Assembly: GCA_044226625.1 (NCBI GenBank) | Contig: JBGAGQ010000024.1 | Location: forward strand, 16,570 to 80,569 | DNA: 64,000 nucleotides | Reading direction: 5' to 3' | Source of the DNA: Thermoanaerobaculia bacterium | GTDB taxonomy: Bacteria > Acidobacteriota > Thermoanaerobaculia > Multivoradales > UBA5704 | In this document: positions 31,107 through 40,612 of the stretch, piece after piece | Position numbering within the stretch: the stretch's first letter is position 1 | Layout: each line of letters begins with the position of its first letter | Translations under genes and position numbers: made by a program | Notes under the pieces: generated by a model | The model's input: only the letters and a program-made list of their open reading frames with translations | Database searches by the model: none | Told to the model about the DNA's origin: nothing

Positions 31107-32810
31107 TCACTCCTCGTCGGGGGACGGCTCTTCCTCTTCGAACGCTTCGCTCCGCAGACCCGACGCCCCTTTCCTGGGAAGCGAGGGGTCGCGGCGGAAC
31201 ACCGCGACCTCCGGGTTCACGAAGACCAGGCTCGAGTAGGTCCCGCGCGTATCGAGCACGTCCCAAGACGAGCTCCACTCGAAGCGCTTGGCGAGAAAGT
31301 AGCCGACCTCGCCCGATTCCATCCGTTCGTACCCCGCGTGCTCGGCGGGTGTTCGGAGATCGATCACGTTGATCGCGACGATCTCCGGAGTGCGGCGCTC
31401 GAGAACGCCCGGAAAGCTCGCCCATCCCGCATGCGGCAGGCGCGGTGCGTGCTTCGCCCGGCCGAGCGCCAGGGAAACGCCCGGGCCTCCGTTGTCTCTC
31501 GCGAACGCCTCGGCTTGATAGCGCGCATCGTAGATCATCCGCCGATCGATCGACAGGGCGTAGAGCACGCCATATCCAAGGACCGCGACGCCGGCGATCC
31601 CGCCAAGCAGCCGGGCCGCCGGCCGATCCGAGTCCGTGATCGCCGCGAGGAATCGGCCGCCGAAAAGGGCCAGGAGGAGCGCGAGCGGCAGAACGTACCG
31701 GTCGCGGCTGAACAGGATCGGCATCAGGAAGGTGACGTAGTACGAAACCCCGAGCAGAGCGAGCGCACCCAGGAGCCGTCCCTCCCGGCCGCGTACCTTC
31801 GCCACGGCGAATCCCGCCCCGAGAATGCTCGCCACGAACGCCGGCCAGCCGAGGCAGAAGCGCAGGTGCGAGAAGTTCTCGAGCAGGTTGCCGAGGTGCC
31901 CCGCGGGGGTGTTGGCGAATGCCTTCGCCTCCTCCGACTGCGGACCGAGGAGCGTCCGCACGTGCGCCAGAAACCCGCCGAAATTCCATCCCCAGTTGTA
32001 GATCGCCGCGGCGAGCCCGAGCCCGAACCCGAGCACGACGAGGATTCTCCGATCGACGACCGCGGCGAGGAGCCCGCCGCGCGCCCCTTCCTGCCGCCGC
32101 GCCCGGGCGAGCGAAGGCAGTACGGCGAGCGGCGCGAAGAGATACAGGCCGTAGGCCTGGTCTTTACTCGTGATCGCGAAGACGGCGCAGGCGGCAAACG
32201 CCAGGTAGTCGCGCATCCGGTGGCCGTCGAGCAGCCGCACGAAGAAGACCAGCGACAGGGCGAACCAGAAGAGGAACGGCATCTCGACGTTCGCGGTCTT
32301 CGCGAAGTAGACGAACGGCGCGCCCGTGGCGACGAGCGCCCCGGCGAACAGTCCAGCGCGGGGACCCGAGACGGAGCGCCCGACCGCGGCGATCGCCCCC
32401 ACGGCCCCGAGCGCCATCGCGACGCTCACCAGCCGTGAAAGGACGAACAGCCAGCTGTTGAAGTCGATCCCCTTCGCCGGAACGGGACCAACCCCGGCGA
32501 GCGCCCGGAGGGGCATCTGAACCAACGCCAGGACGTAATAGTGGAACGGCGGATATTTCGTGTGCCAGCCGCCGGAAAACGCCCGGCGGAACGCGAACGC
32601 CACCTGGTTCGGCCGGATCTCGTCCCCCGCCCAGCCGCGCCAGCTCGGCAGACCCCAGGTGATGCCGAGCACGAAGAGCACCCCCGCGCAGACCAGCAAC
32701 GCGGTGAGCGCCAAAGAGTAGCCGGAGAGTCTTCGCCGGGTTTTCCCGGCGCCTCCGGCCTCCGGCGCTGGCCGGCCGAGCTCCAAGGAATCCGGCGCGC
32801 CTTCGCTCAC
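31107..32810 (-). CDS. GT-C membrane glycosyltransferase (ArnT/PMT, GT39/GT83-like)
   Basis: WGLPS..WAGDE catalytic loop, YPPFHYY, many TM helices, RYVLP; GTG start at 32810 overlaps upstream stop (track start 32849). Confidence 0.8.
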   Translation of the reverse strand: MSEGAPDSLELGRPAPEAGGAGKTRRRLSGYSLALTALLVCAGVLFVLGITWGLPSWRGWAGDEIRPNQVAFAFRRAFSGGWHTKYPPFHYYVLALVQMPLRALAGVGPVPAKGIDFNSWLFVLSRLVSVAMALGAVGAIAAVGRSVSGPRAGLFAGALVATGAPFVYFAKTANVEMPFLFWFALSLVFFVRLLDGHRMRDYLAFAACAVFAITSKDQAYGLYLFAPLAVLPSLARARRQEGARGGLLAAVVDRRILVVLGFGLGLAAAIYNWGWNFGGFLAHVRTLLGPQSEEAKAFANTPAGHLGNLLENFSHLRFCLGWPAFVASILGAGFAVAKVRGREGRLLGALALLGVSYYVTFLMPILFSRDRYVLPLALLLALFGGRFLAAITDSDRPAARLLGGIAGVAVLGYGVLYALSIDRRMIYDARYQAEAFARDNGGPGVSLALGRAKHAPRLPHAGWASFPGVLERRTPEIVAINVIDLRTPAEHAGYERMESGEVGYFLAKRFEWSSSWDVLDTRGTYSSLVFVNPEVAVFRRDPSLPRKGASGLRSEAFEEEEPSPDEE

Positions 32811-34471
32811 GCGCACTCCTCTCCCTGAGTCCTGGCCGGAAACCGCCATGCAGCGGAGAGCCCGGTCGCCGAGCGTTCGACCTCGACGGGAATCGGCGGC
32901 AGTAGATCTTCCGGATGAAAGCTCTCAGCGCTCGCCACGTGGCGCAGGTTTTGGCGCGGGCTCCGCTCCGCTTTGGCGTTTCGGGCAAAGGTCAGCTCAT
33001 CGCGGAGCGAGATTCCGTCCGGCGACACTTCGATGACGCGCTCGAACCGGGGCGCCGCCGTCGAATCCGCCTGGGGTTTGAAGATCAACAACCGCCGGAG
33101 CGGCTTGAGCAGACGGGCGCCGACCAGCTTCGAGGCGAGGCGCAGGGCGGCATGCTTCGCGGGTGTGGGCACCAGGAAGCTCGCCTTTCGGCAGGTCCCC
33201 GCGATGCGCAGGCGGACCGGCGATTCCGGTGAGCTTTCGGGAGACCTGTCGATCCGAGCCTCTCCGCCCTGCCACCAGTTGCTGGTCCAGAGCGATCCGT
33301 CCGAGCGGACCCGCCAGCCGTGGTCGAGCAGCGGCGCCGCATCGCGCCGATGAATGCGCACGAGCCCCCCCTTGCGCAGGCCGATCGCCGCGCTCCAGCT
33401 TCGGTCCCGGCTCCAGACGATCCGGTACCCGGCGCCGTCGAAGTCGACCGCGCTCCGCGGATCCGGAGCCTCGCCGGGCAGCATCCGATCGAGGTGGGAA
33501 AGGGCGCGGACAACGCTCGCGAAGACGTAATGGCTGTGGTAGCGATCGTCGGTCGCCCAGAGGAAGTGCCCGGGTTTATCGCACTCGCCGAAAAGGGTCC
33601 GGACCAGCCAAGCCGCCCGTGCGTTGCGAGCCCCGGTGCGGGCGAGGCCGTACGGAACCACGTAATCGGTGTTCCGGCTGTTGAGCGTCGAGGGGAGCCT
33701 TCCGTCCGCTCCGACCATCGCGGCAAGGAATTCGACCGCCCGGTCGATCGCGAGCGGCGCCCGCGGATCGCCGGTCGCGTCGTGGTAATCGACAAGGGCG
33801 TCGATCGTCACCGCGAGATAGCCGAAATCCGGTCCTCCGTACTCGGGAAACCAACCCTCCGCGTGCTGGCTCGCGAACAGCCGGTCGGCGTGCTCGGCGA
33901 GACGCGCCGGACGAGGCGAGATCTCCGGCAACCGCGCGGCGAGCGCCAGCGCGGCGAGCCCGGCCGCCTGCTGGTTCGAGGCCTCCGTCTCCGTTCGTCG
34001 GTCGAGGTGCCGGGCCAAGCGAGCGAGACCCTTCCAGCGGATTCCCTCGAGGAGCGCCGGCCGCTCCGTTCGCCAATCGAGCGCCAGCCGCATCGCCGCC
34101 CAGAGTCCGAAGGCCGCGGCAGGGTAGCTCCGCTCGTAGGGAAAGTACTCGTCCACCCCGCCGTCGCGCCGCACCTGGGCGGAGAGGGCGTTGACCGCGG
34201 CGACGCACCACGATTCGAGCTTCTCCCGGTCGGCCGCGAGGTCGAGATCGCCGCGGCGGACCGCCTCCAGCGTGAACGCCCCCTGCTGCAGGATCGCCGA
34301 GGAGAAATCGCGGATCTTGTAGTGCCAATGGTTGCGGTCGAAGTTGCCGAAGCGGGGGGAGTCCGCATCCCGGTCCATCTGCGTGAGCACGCGCGGCAGC
34401 TGCCGGGCGGCGTACTCGCGGAAGGTGTTGGAGGTTTCGCTCATCGATCTCGTCGATTCCATCGAGCTCAA
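32807..34471 (-). CDS. Hypothetical protein, probable alpha/alpha-toroid plus beta-sandwich (heparinase II/III-like architecture)
   Basis: Helical N-terminal two thirds with [34 protein letters not shown] motifs; translationally coupled to both neighbours. Confidence 0.6.
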   Translation of the reverse strand: MSSMESTRSMSETSNTFREYAARQLPRVLTQMDRDADSPRFGNFDRNHWHYKIRDFSSAILQQGAFTLEAVRRGDLDLAADREKLESWCVAAVNALSAQVRRDGGVDEYFPYERSYPAAAFGLWAAMRLALDWRTERPALLEGIRWKGLARLARHLDRRTETEASNQQAAGLAALALAARLPEISPRPARLAEHADRLFASQHAEGWFPEYGGPDFGYLAVTIDALVDYHDATGDPRAPLAIDRAVEFLAAMVGADGRLPSTLNSRNTDYVVPYGLARTGARNARAAWLVRTLFGECDKPGHFLWATDDRYHSHYVFASVVRALSHLDRMLPGEAPDPRSAVDFDGAGYRIVWSRDRSWSAAIGLRKGGLVRIHRRDAAPLLDHGWRVRSDGSLWTSNWWQGGEARIDRSPESSPESPVRLRIAGTCRKASFLVPTPAKHAALRLASKLVGARLLKPLRRLLIFKPQADSTAAPRFERVIEVSPDGISLRDELTFARNAKAERSPRQNLRHVASAESFHPEDLLPPIPVEVERSATGLSAAWRFPARTQGEECA

Positions 34472-35895
34472 CGGCCTTCGCCCGCTTCACGCCGGGCGAA
34501 GCTCGAAATCTCCGACCAACGCTCCGGGTTCCGCCGGAACGTGAAATCGACCGAGGCGAGCCCTTTCCGCTTGGTCGGCTTGGAGATCGACTTCCATCCT
34601 TTGCGGAGCGCGTTGAACGCCGGGCCGACCAGCCCGAGCGGCAGCCGCGAGACGAGCCACCGCGCCCACCCCTGGCGGCCGAAGCGGAACGAGCCGCTGA
34701 TCACCGATTCGACCACGCGCCGCTCGCGTACGATCGCCGCGGGCCGGTAACCGTAGTCAGGAACCGGTCGCCCCCGCCGCGCCTGAGCGTCCAGGCGCAG
34801 AAACGCTCCGCGCTTCTTGAAATCGATCATGTGCCCGTGCATCGTCGCCGCCCGCCGCCAATCGATCGGCTGGAGCGCGAGCCGCCCGGCGCCCGCCATC
34901 TCGTCCAGGACCTCGGCGGCCGCCGTGCTTCGCGCGATCACCACCGAGTGGCCGCCTCCCGCGGTTTCGAGCTCGGGGCTCCAGGCGTCGCCGACCGAAA
35001 GGTCGGTCGCCTCGTTCGTGAAGTCCGGAATGATCTGGCAGTTGCGCGAGATGAAGAAGGGGATCAGGTAGTTGTAATAGAACTTTTGGGCGGAAAATAC
35101 CCGCCCGTCCGCGGTCTCCACGCGCAGGTGCCCCGGCCACTCGCCGGCACGCCATTCGAGCCTCGAGATCGGCACGTCGTCCCGTACGCCGTGGCCGCGA
35201 AGGAACGCCCGCACCGCGCCCCGATACATGTTGGTTCCCACGTACGGCCCGGCGACGAAGACGACTTTGAGGGCCGCCGGATCGCCTGCCGCCTGGAGCA
35301 TTCGAAGCGCCGCCACCTGCTCGGGAAGGCCGACGAAGGCGAGCTTCCCCTCGAACTTCGCCATCTCGGGAAGCATCGCGAGCATCGGCGTCACCGCATA
35401 GACGCTCTGCGCGGCAGCGAGCACCTCGTCGCGCGACCGCGCGATCACGGGGCTCGCGACCTCGGGAGTGGGCACCCCTTGCCGGCACACGACGGCGCCG
35501 TCGATCCGTCCGGTTTCGAGCAGGTGAATCAGGGTGGCCGAGATCACGCCGCCCGAGGCGCCGCGCCGCCGGATCGATTCGTCTTTCGCGTGGCCGATCC
35601 AGATCCGCTCGAACGGTCCGATCAACCAGGACTCCGGCGGCCGGCCGAGGTGGTCGAAAAGCTCGGGATATGGAATCCCCCGCCCAGGGCACACCGCCCA
35701 GGCGAGGGATAGATCGGTGCCCAGGGAGCTTTCGGGGTCGACGAGCCGTGGGAGCGGCCCGCGCGGGGTCTCCTCGAAGCGGAGCGCGCCGGGCGCCAGG
35801 CCGACGCAGGCCCCGCAGTGCAGGCAGTTGCCCGGCTCGACCACCTCTCGCTCGAACCGTTTCCAGAGCTGTTCGGAGAGCGGGGGGCCGCTCAA
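34468..35895 (-). CDS. Coenzyme F420 hydrogenase/dehydrogenase beta subunit (FrhB/FdhB)-family Fe-S protein
   Basis: CLHCGAC ferredoxin motif, [34 protein letters not shown]; TTG start overlapping the GT2 stop. Confidence 0.85.
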   Translation of the reverse strand: MSGPPLSEQLWKRFEREVVEPGNCLHCGACVGLAPGALRFEETPRGPLPRLVDPESSLGTDLSLAWAVCPGRGIPYPELFDHLGRPPESWLIGPFERIWIGHAKDESIRRRGASGGVISATLIHLLETGRIDGAVVCRQGVPTPEVASPVIARSRDEVLAAAQSVYAVTPMLAMLPEMAKFEGKLAFVGLPEQVAALRMLQAAGDPAALKVVFVAGPYVGTNMYRGAVRAFLRGHGVRDDVPISRLEWRAGEWPGHLRVETADGRVFSAQKFYYNYLIPFFISRNCQIIPDFTNEATDLSVGDAWSPELETAGGGHSVVIARSTAAAEVLDEMAGAGRLALQPIDWRRAATMHGHMIDFKKRGAFLRLDAQARRGRPVPDYGYRPAAIVRERRVVESVISGSFRFGRQGWARWLVSRLPLGLVGPAFNALRKGWKSISKPTKRKGLASVDFTFRRNPERWSEISSFARREAGEGR

Positions 35896-36863
35896 CGCCG
35901 ACAATCCTCGCCCGCCGGAGCCGGTGCGCCGAGCTCCAGCCGGCGCAGGCGAAGCTGGTTTTCTTCGAGCAGCCGGCGGTTCGCCGCTAGCAGATCGGCG
36001 ACCAAGCCCAGGATCCAGGTCTGGAATCCGATCAGGACCAGGATCGCGGCGAGGATCAGCGACGGAGCCCGCACCCGCGTCGAGCCCTGAAGATAAAAGA
36101 CCAGCCAGCGCACGAGCAGAAAGAAGCCCGGCGTGATGAAGCCGGTCCCCACCCAGAAGAACGAGCGGAGCGGCCGATAGAGCAGGAAGATCCGCAGGAT
36201 CGTGAAGACCGACCGCCGCACGTAGTCGACGATTCCCTTCACCAAGCGGGAAGGGCGCAGGTCCGCGTTCGTGCGGATCGGCACCCAGGTGATCGGGATC
36301 CCTTTCTGCCCCGCCTGGATGATCGTCTCGAGCGTGTAGGTGTAGCGCGAGAAGACGTTCAGCTGGAGCGCGGCGTTCCGCGAAAACGCGCGAAAGCCGC
36401 TTGGGCTGTCGGGGATCGAGGTGCCCGAGGCCTTGCGCACGACCCAACTGCCGAGCTTCTGGAGCAGCTTTTTGAACGGCGAGAAGTGCGCGATCTCGTC
36501 GATGGGCCGGGCGCCGATCACCATCTCGGCGCGGCCCGCGAGGATCGGCTCGATCAGCTTCGGGATGTCCGCCGCGTCGTACTGGTTGTCGGCGTCCGTG
36601 TTCACGATCACGTCCGCCCCAGCCCGGATCGCCCCTTCGAGCCCCGCCATGAAGGCCCGGGCGAGACCCTGGTTCGCGCCGAATCGGACCACGTGGTCCA
36701 CGCCATGCACGCGCGCCACCTCGACCGTCCGGTCGGTCGAGCCGTCGTCAATGATCAGCCATTCGACGGAGTCGACACCCGGCAGCGACCGCGGCAGAGC
36801 CGCGAGCGTGGTCGGCAGAGAAGCCTCCTCGTTGAGGCACGGGATCTGGATGATCAGCTTCAT
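35892..36863 (-). CDS. GT2 glycosyltransferase, polyprenol-phosphate glycosyltransferase (DPM1/GtrB-like)
   Basis: [39 protein letters not shown] and two C-terminal TM helices. Confidence 0.92.
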   Translation of the reverse strand: MKLIIQIPCLNEEASLPTTLAALPRSLPGVDSVEWLIIDDGSTDRTVEVARVHGVDHVVRFGANQGLARAFMAGLEGAIRAGADVIVNTDADNQYDAADIPKLIEPILAGRAEMVIGARPIDEIAHFSPFKKLLQKLGSWVVRKASGTSIPDSPSGFRAFSRNAALQLNVFSRYTYTLETIIQAGQKGIPITWVPIRTNADLRPSRLVKGIVDYVRRSVFTILRIFLLYRPLRSFFWVGTGFITPGFFLLVRWLVFYLQGSTRVRAPSLILAAILVLIGFQTWILGLVADLLAANRRLLEENQLRLRRLELGAPAPAGEDCRR

Positions 36864-36943
36864 GGGTGGCACCGCGGACGGCCTAGCCTATCGCGGCGGG
36901 GGGAGACCTCGGGCGTCGGTTTCGAGCACGAACTGCAGGCGTT

Positions 36944-36970
36944 CGAAACTCGCCTCACTCCCCGGGCGTA
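36944..36970 (+). promoter_or_regulatory. Candidate ECF-sigma promoter for the CPBP gene
   Basis: CGAAAC-N17-CGTA about 60 nt upstream of ATG 37030. Confidence 0.45.
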
Positions 36971-37029
36971 CTGCCTGAGCAGACCTTTTCCCGTTCGCCT
37001 CGCGCAAGAGGCAGGAAACAGGCGCACCC

Positions 37030-37950
37030 ATGAAATCGATCGCCATCTACTCGTCCGAGCCCCCGAGGGGCTGGCTTCCCTGGGGAGCTTTCGCGCCGTT
37101 CCTTTGTATCTTGCTCGTCGCGGTGCCCACCCTCTTGGTCTCCCTCGTGCTGGAGCGTTTTCACCTGGAGGACGCGAAGGGTGACCCCCTGGGTCTGTCG
37201 GGCCTGTTCGCGGTACTGATCTTTCACTTTGTCGCGATGGGCCTGGTCCTCTTTGCCTGGGTTTTGCTGGTCGAGCGGCGCCCCCTTGCGACCCTCGGTC
37301 TGAGGGGGCCACGCAAGGCCAAGAGGTTTCTCCTCGGCCAGGGGATCGGAATGGCCACCGTCACTTCGGTTGTCGTCGCGATCTGGGCGGCAGGCGGTCT
37401 CGAAGCGAGAGGGTTCGGTCCTGCCTTGAGCTCACCGGGTGCGCTCTTGAACATTGGCCTCTTGTTGATCTGCTTCGCCGTGCAATCGAGCGTCGAGGAA
37501 ATCATCTTCCGCGGTTGGCTGCTTTCCGCGGTAGCCGTCAAGTTCAACGTACCGATCGCCGTCGTGCTCACCTCGTTCGCTTTCGCCTTCTTGCACTACA
37601 GCCCCCACCAACCTGTTCTGATCATCATGAGCTCTCTCCTCTTCTCCGCGTTCACCTGTTGCTGGGCGCTCAAGAGCCGATCCATCTGGGGGGTCATGGG
37701 CTGGCATACCGGGTGGAACTGGCTCTTGGCGACGGGCTTCGAGCTACCGGTCACCGGCATCGACGCGAAGCAGCCCGCGCTGCTCGTTCGAATGGTCGTC
37801 CGAGGCCCGGACCCTCTTACGGGCGGCGCGCAAGGCCCGGAGGGGAGCTACCTGTGCAGTGTCTTTTTCATCGGAGCGTGCGCGTTCCTCCTCTGGCGCA
37901 TCTGGCGCGATCGCGAGACGGGCGGGACGCGAGCGGGGTCGGCTGGGTGA
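37030..37950 (+). CDS. CPBP family (CAAX/Abi) intramembrane metalloprotease
   Basis: EEIIFRG, FAFLH, WHTGWN motifs and GGAQGPEGS C-terminal motif. Confidence 0.92.
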   Translation: MKSIAIYSSEPPRGWLPWGAFAPFLCILLVAVPTLLVSLVLERFHLEDAKGDPLGLSGLFAVLIFHFVAMGLVLFAWVLLVERRPLATLGLRGPRKAKRFLLGQGIGMATVTSVVVAIWAAGGLEARGFGPALSSPGALLNIGLLLICFAVQSSVEEIIFRGWLLSAVAVKFNVPIAVVLTSFAFAFLHYSPHQPVLIIMSSLLFSAFTCCWALKSRSIWGVMGWHTGWNWLLATGFELPVTGIDAKQPALLVRMVVRGPDPLTGGAQGPEGSYLCSVFFIGACAFLLWRIWRDRETGGTRAGSAG

Positions 37951-37951
37951 T

Positions 37952-37990
37952 CTCTTCGTCGAGGCACGGAATCTGGAGGATCGGCTTCAG
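37952..37990 (-). pseudogene. 39-bp relic copy of the 5' end of the GT2 gene
   Basis: 33/39 identical to 36825-36863; translates LKPILQIPCLDEE versus [13 protein letters not shown]; start codon lost. Confidence 0.75.
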
Positions 37991-38044
37991 GGGTACGCAG
38001 GGCTCGAATCCGACGCCTGGCCTATCGCGCAGCGGTCGGAACAA

Positions 38045-38076
38045 CGCCGGGAGCGTGGAGCGCTCCACCCCCGGCG
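38045..38076. terminator. GC-rich hairpin between convergent genes
   Basis: CGCCGGG..GTGGAGCGCTCCAC.CCCGGCG nested inverted repeat. Confidence 0.4.
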
Positions 38077-38089
38077 CGGGCCGATCTGG

Positions 38090-38494
38090 CTAGCTGGTCG
38101 AGGCCTTCGCGATCGAGTCGACCTGAGGCGCCGCCTCGAGCGCCTGCTTCGCCGCTTTCGACGGTCGGGTACGTCGAATCTCTTCGGCCCGAGGTTTCAC
38201 CCCGAAGCGGATCAGCTCCGGGCTCTCCAGCCCGAAATGGCTCTGGAGCGCCGCGGCGAGGACGTTGCGCAGCTTCCGACCCCGCTTCACGAGCGCCTGG
38301 CGCTGCATCGCTAGGTCTCGAATGCCGGAGCGTTGCACCTCCACCCGCTCGATCAGGAGTCTCATCTCCTCCACCAACGCTTTGAACTGGGCATGGGCCT
38401 CCCCGGCGTGCGCCACGTCGCCGAGGATCGGCTCCATGTTCATCGCGAGGACGCCCCAGGTCTGCCGCATGTCCGCAAACGAGCTGACTTTCAT
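38090..38494 (-). CDS. Small helical hypothetical protein (134 aa) with basic tail
   Basis: AAGGGAG RBS before ATG 38494; coiled-coil-like core, ELIRFGVKPR motif and RRTRPSK tail. Confidence 0.7.
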   Translation of the reverse strand: MKVSSFADMRQTWGVLAMNMEPILGDVAHAGEAHAQFKALVEEMRLLIERVEVQRSGIRDLAMQRQALVKRGRKLRNVLAAALQSHFGLESPELIRFGVKPRAEEIRRTRPSKAAKQALEAAPQVDSIAKASTS

Positions 38495-38599
38495 GATGAC
38501 TGCTCCCTTCTGGGCGAAGAATCGCCCGAGAGTCCACCGGCAGCGTGCCGGAGGACGAATCCACGGTGGACTCACAGGGAGAGGGAAAGCGGGCGCGAC

Positions 38600-38798
38600 G
38601 AGACGGTCTCGGGGGCTCGCGAGACGGATCCACGGTCTCGTGAGACCGATCCACGATTCGGAATCTCGGTCCGCGGGTTTGCGAGACCGTTCCACGCTTC
38701 GTGAGACCGATCTATCGGTTCGCGAGACCGTCTCACGTTGCCGGAGAGCGACTCACGATCGTTGAGACCGATTCACGGCGGCGGGAGAGCGATTCACG
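38600..38798. repeat. Degenerate tandem array, ~10 units, 20-21-bp period, core GAGACCGATYCACG
   Basis: GAGAC/GAGAG cores start at 38600, 38621, 38642, (degenerate ~38662), 38683, 38703, 38724, 38744, 38764, 38785. Confidence 0.85.
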
Positions 38799-38834
38799 CC
38801 CCGGGCCGTCGATGAGCTAGAGAAGGTGGGTTCC

Positions 38835-38918
38835 GATAGCCGCTATCTGCGAAACACGATAGCGGCTGTCGCGACTCAACTTCGACTCTTCCCGGAGCAC
38901 CCTAACGGTCGGTGCTCC
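38835..38918. other. Two inverted repeats adjoining the array
   Basis: GATAGCCGCTATC-N10-GATAGCGGCTGTC (38835-38870) and GGAGCACC-N9-GGTGCTCC (38894-38918). Confidence 0.6.
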
Positions 38919-39102
38919 CTGTGAGCTTCAAAGAACCGGTGCTGCGATGAGGAGTCTTTCTCATCCATATGTGGCCTGTCAAGGTCATTTAAGTTGCATT
39001 TCGACAACATCGGCCGTGTTCTCTCATTCCGTCCGAGTCGCGGGCGCGTCGCGTAGACTTTCGCCCGGGTCGGCCGAAGTCGACGCCCGAGGAGGAGATA
39101 CG

Positions 39103-39900
39103 ATGGATTCGACCGACCGAACGTGGGAGCACGCCGACGCCTACGAGGCCTTCATGGGGCGCTGGAGTCGGCCTCTCGCTCGAGAGTTCCTGAAGTGGCT
39201 CGATCCGGCGCCTACGGCCCATTGGCTGGAAGTGGGGTGCGGCACCGGCGCTCTCACCACGGCGATCTGCGAGCTGGGCGAACCGGCGTCGGTGGTCGGG
39301 TCGGACCCTTCGGGCTCTTTCCTCGAAGCGGCGCGGCGGGCGCTCCCGGACCCTCGCGCGACGTTCGTCGAGGCTCCCGCCGAGCACCTCCCGACGCGGC
39401 CGGAGGGGTTCGACCGCGTGGTCTCCGGCCTGGTGCTCAATTTCCTCCCCGACCCGGCGCGCGTCGCCTCGGATGTCCGGCAACGGTTACGAGACGGGGG
39501 GATCTTCGCCGCCTATGTGTGGGATTACTCCGGAGGCATGGAGTTTCTCCGCGCCTTCTGGGAGGAAGCGGTCGCCGAGGACCCGGAGGCCGCGGCACGC
39601 GCCGAGAACCTCGGCTTCTCGCTCTGCCACCCTTCCGCCCTGACCGCACTGCTCGAGAACGCCGGATTTTCCGACGCGCAGACCGGCGCGCTGGAGATTC
39701 CGACCGTCTTCTCCAGCTTCGACGACTATTGGCAGCCCTTTCTGCTGGGAACCGGCACGGGTCCCAGCTTCGTCGCCTCCCTCGCCCCGGACCACCGCGA
39801 GCGCCTGAGGGCCCGTCTCGAACTTCGTCTTACGCCGAGCCCCGGAGAGTCGATCGAGCTCAAGGCGCGCGCCTGGGCGGTGCGGGGCTCGGCGAGCTGA
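39103..39900 (+). CDS. Class I SAM-dependent methyltransferase
   Basis: YEAFMGRWS, WLEVGCGTG, FDRVVSGLVLNF, AAYVWDY; GGAGGAG RBS. Confidence 0.92.
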   Translation: MDSTDRTWEHADAYEAFMGRWSRPLAREFLKWLDPAPTAHWLEVGCGTGALTTAICELGEPASVVGSDPSGSFLEAARRALPDPRATFVEAPAEHLPTRPEGFDRVVSGLVLNFLPDPARVASDVRQRLRDGGIFAAYVWDYSGGMEFLRAFWEEAVAEDPEAAARAENLGFSLCHPSALTALLENAGFSDAQTGALEIPTVFSSFDDYWQPFLLGTGTGPSFVASLAPDHRERLRARLELRLTPSPGESIELKARAWAVRGSAS

Positions 39901-39939
39901 GGCCTGTTTTTCTGCGCTTCAGGAGGGACGGATCGAGGC

Positions 39940-40470
39940 CTAGTCGACCGCCAGGATCCTTCGGCCGGCCGCCGGCAGGCCTCGGAGCAGCGAGAATAGA
40001 AGCGAAGGGGTCCGAGCCGATCCCCAGTAGAGGCCCAGGGGAACCAGAAGGGCGAGGAACAGACCGCCAAAGCCGATCGTGACGCCGCGCAACGACCACG
40101 ACGAGCCGATCGTGCTGGTAATGCTCGCGACGGCGAGGCACAGCAATGCGAGCACCGAGACGCTGATCGGAATCTCGACCAGGAACGGAAGCCTGAGGCG
40201 GCGGACGAGAACCTCCGCGAACGCGGTCGACGGAAGGAGCAGGGTGACGGCGAGAGCCGTGCTTCCAACGAGGACGACCAGGAGCCCGAGGGGATACGAA
40301 GCCGGGCTGCCCAACCCGGCGCCCGAAACGATCGCCCATAACAGAAGGGCGAAATAGGTGAGGGTCCAAAGCGCCGAAGCCGCGGCAACCGTGGCTCCGA
40401 GGGCGAGGAGATGCCGCGCGAAGAAGGTGCCGATCCGGCCGGCGGTTTCGAGCTTCCTCTTTCTGTCCAT
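39940..40470 (-). CDS. Hypothetical membrane protein (~4 TM helices)
   Basis: Strongly hydrophobic ORF from ATG 40470; no recognised motif. Confidence 0.6.
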   Translation of the reverse strand: MDRKRKLETAGRIGTFFARHLLALGATVAAASALWTLTYFALLLWAIVSGAGLGSPASYPLGLLVVLVGSTALAVTLLLPSTAFAEVLVRRLRLPFLVEIPISVSVLALLCLAVASITSTIGSSWSLRGVTIGFGGLFLALLVPLGLYWGSARTPSLLFSLLRGLPAAGRRILAVD

Positions 40471-40612
40471 GAATCGAGAATAGCAGCGGACGAACCGGGC
40501 CGGAGAGAGAAAAGTCCCACGGACCGACGAGAGGAAGACCGCGGAAGAGCCTCGGCCGGGAACGGTCTGGTACCATCCGCCCCGGGCGTGGTCTTCGCCC
40601 GACTCCCTTTCC

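Noticed and set aside
35896-36447. N-terminal extension of the FrhB-like ORF in the track (659 aa)
   Set aside because: Overlaps the GT2 gene in another frame; recognisable FrhB sequence starts near 35895
37991-38005. GGCTCGAATCC resembling a tRNA T-arm or att site
   Set aside because: No cloverleaf and no match to the 3' ends of the two tRNAs in the window
38600-38798. CRISPR array or integron attC sites
   Set aside because: Variable linkers are only 6-7 nt, repeats are degenerate, and there is no cas or intI gene; kept as an unexplained array
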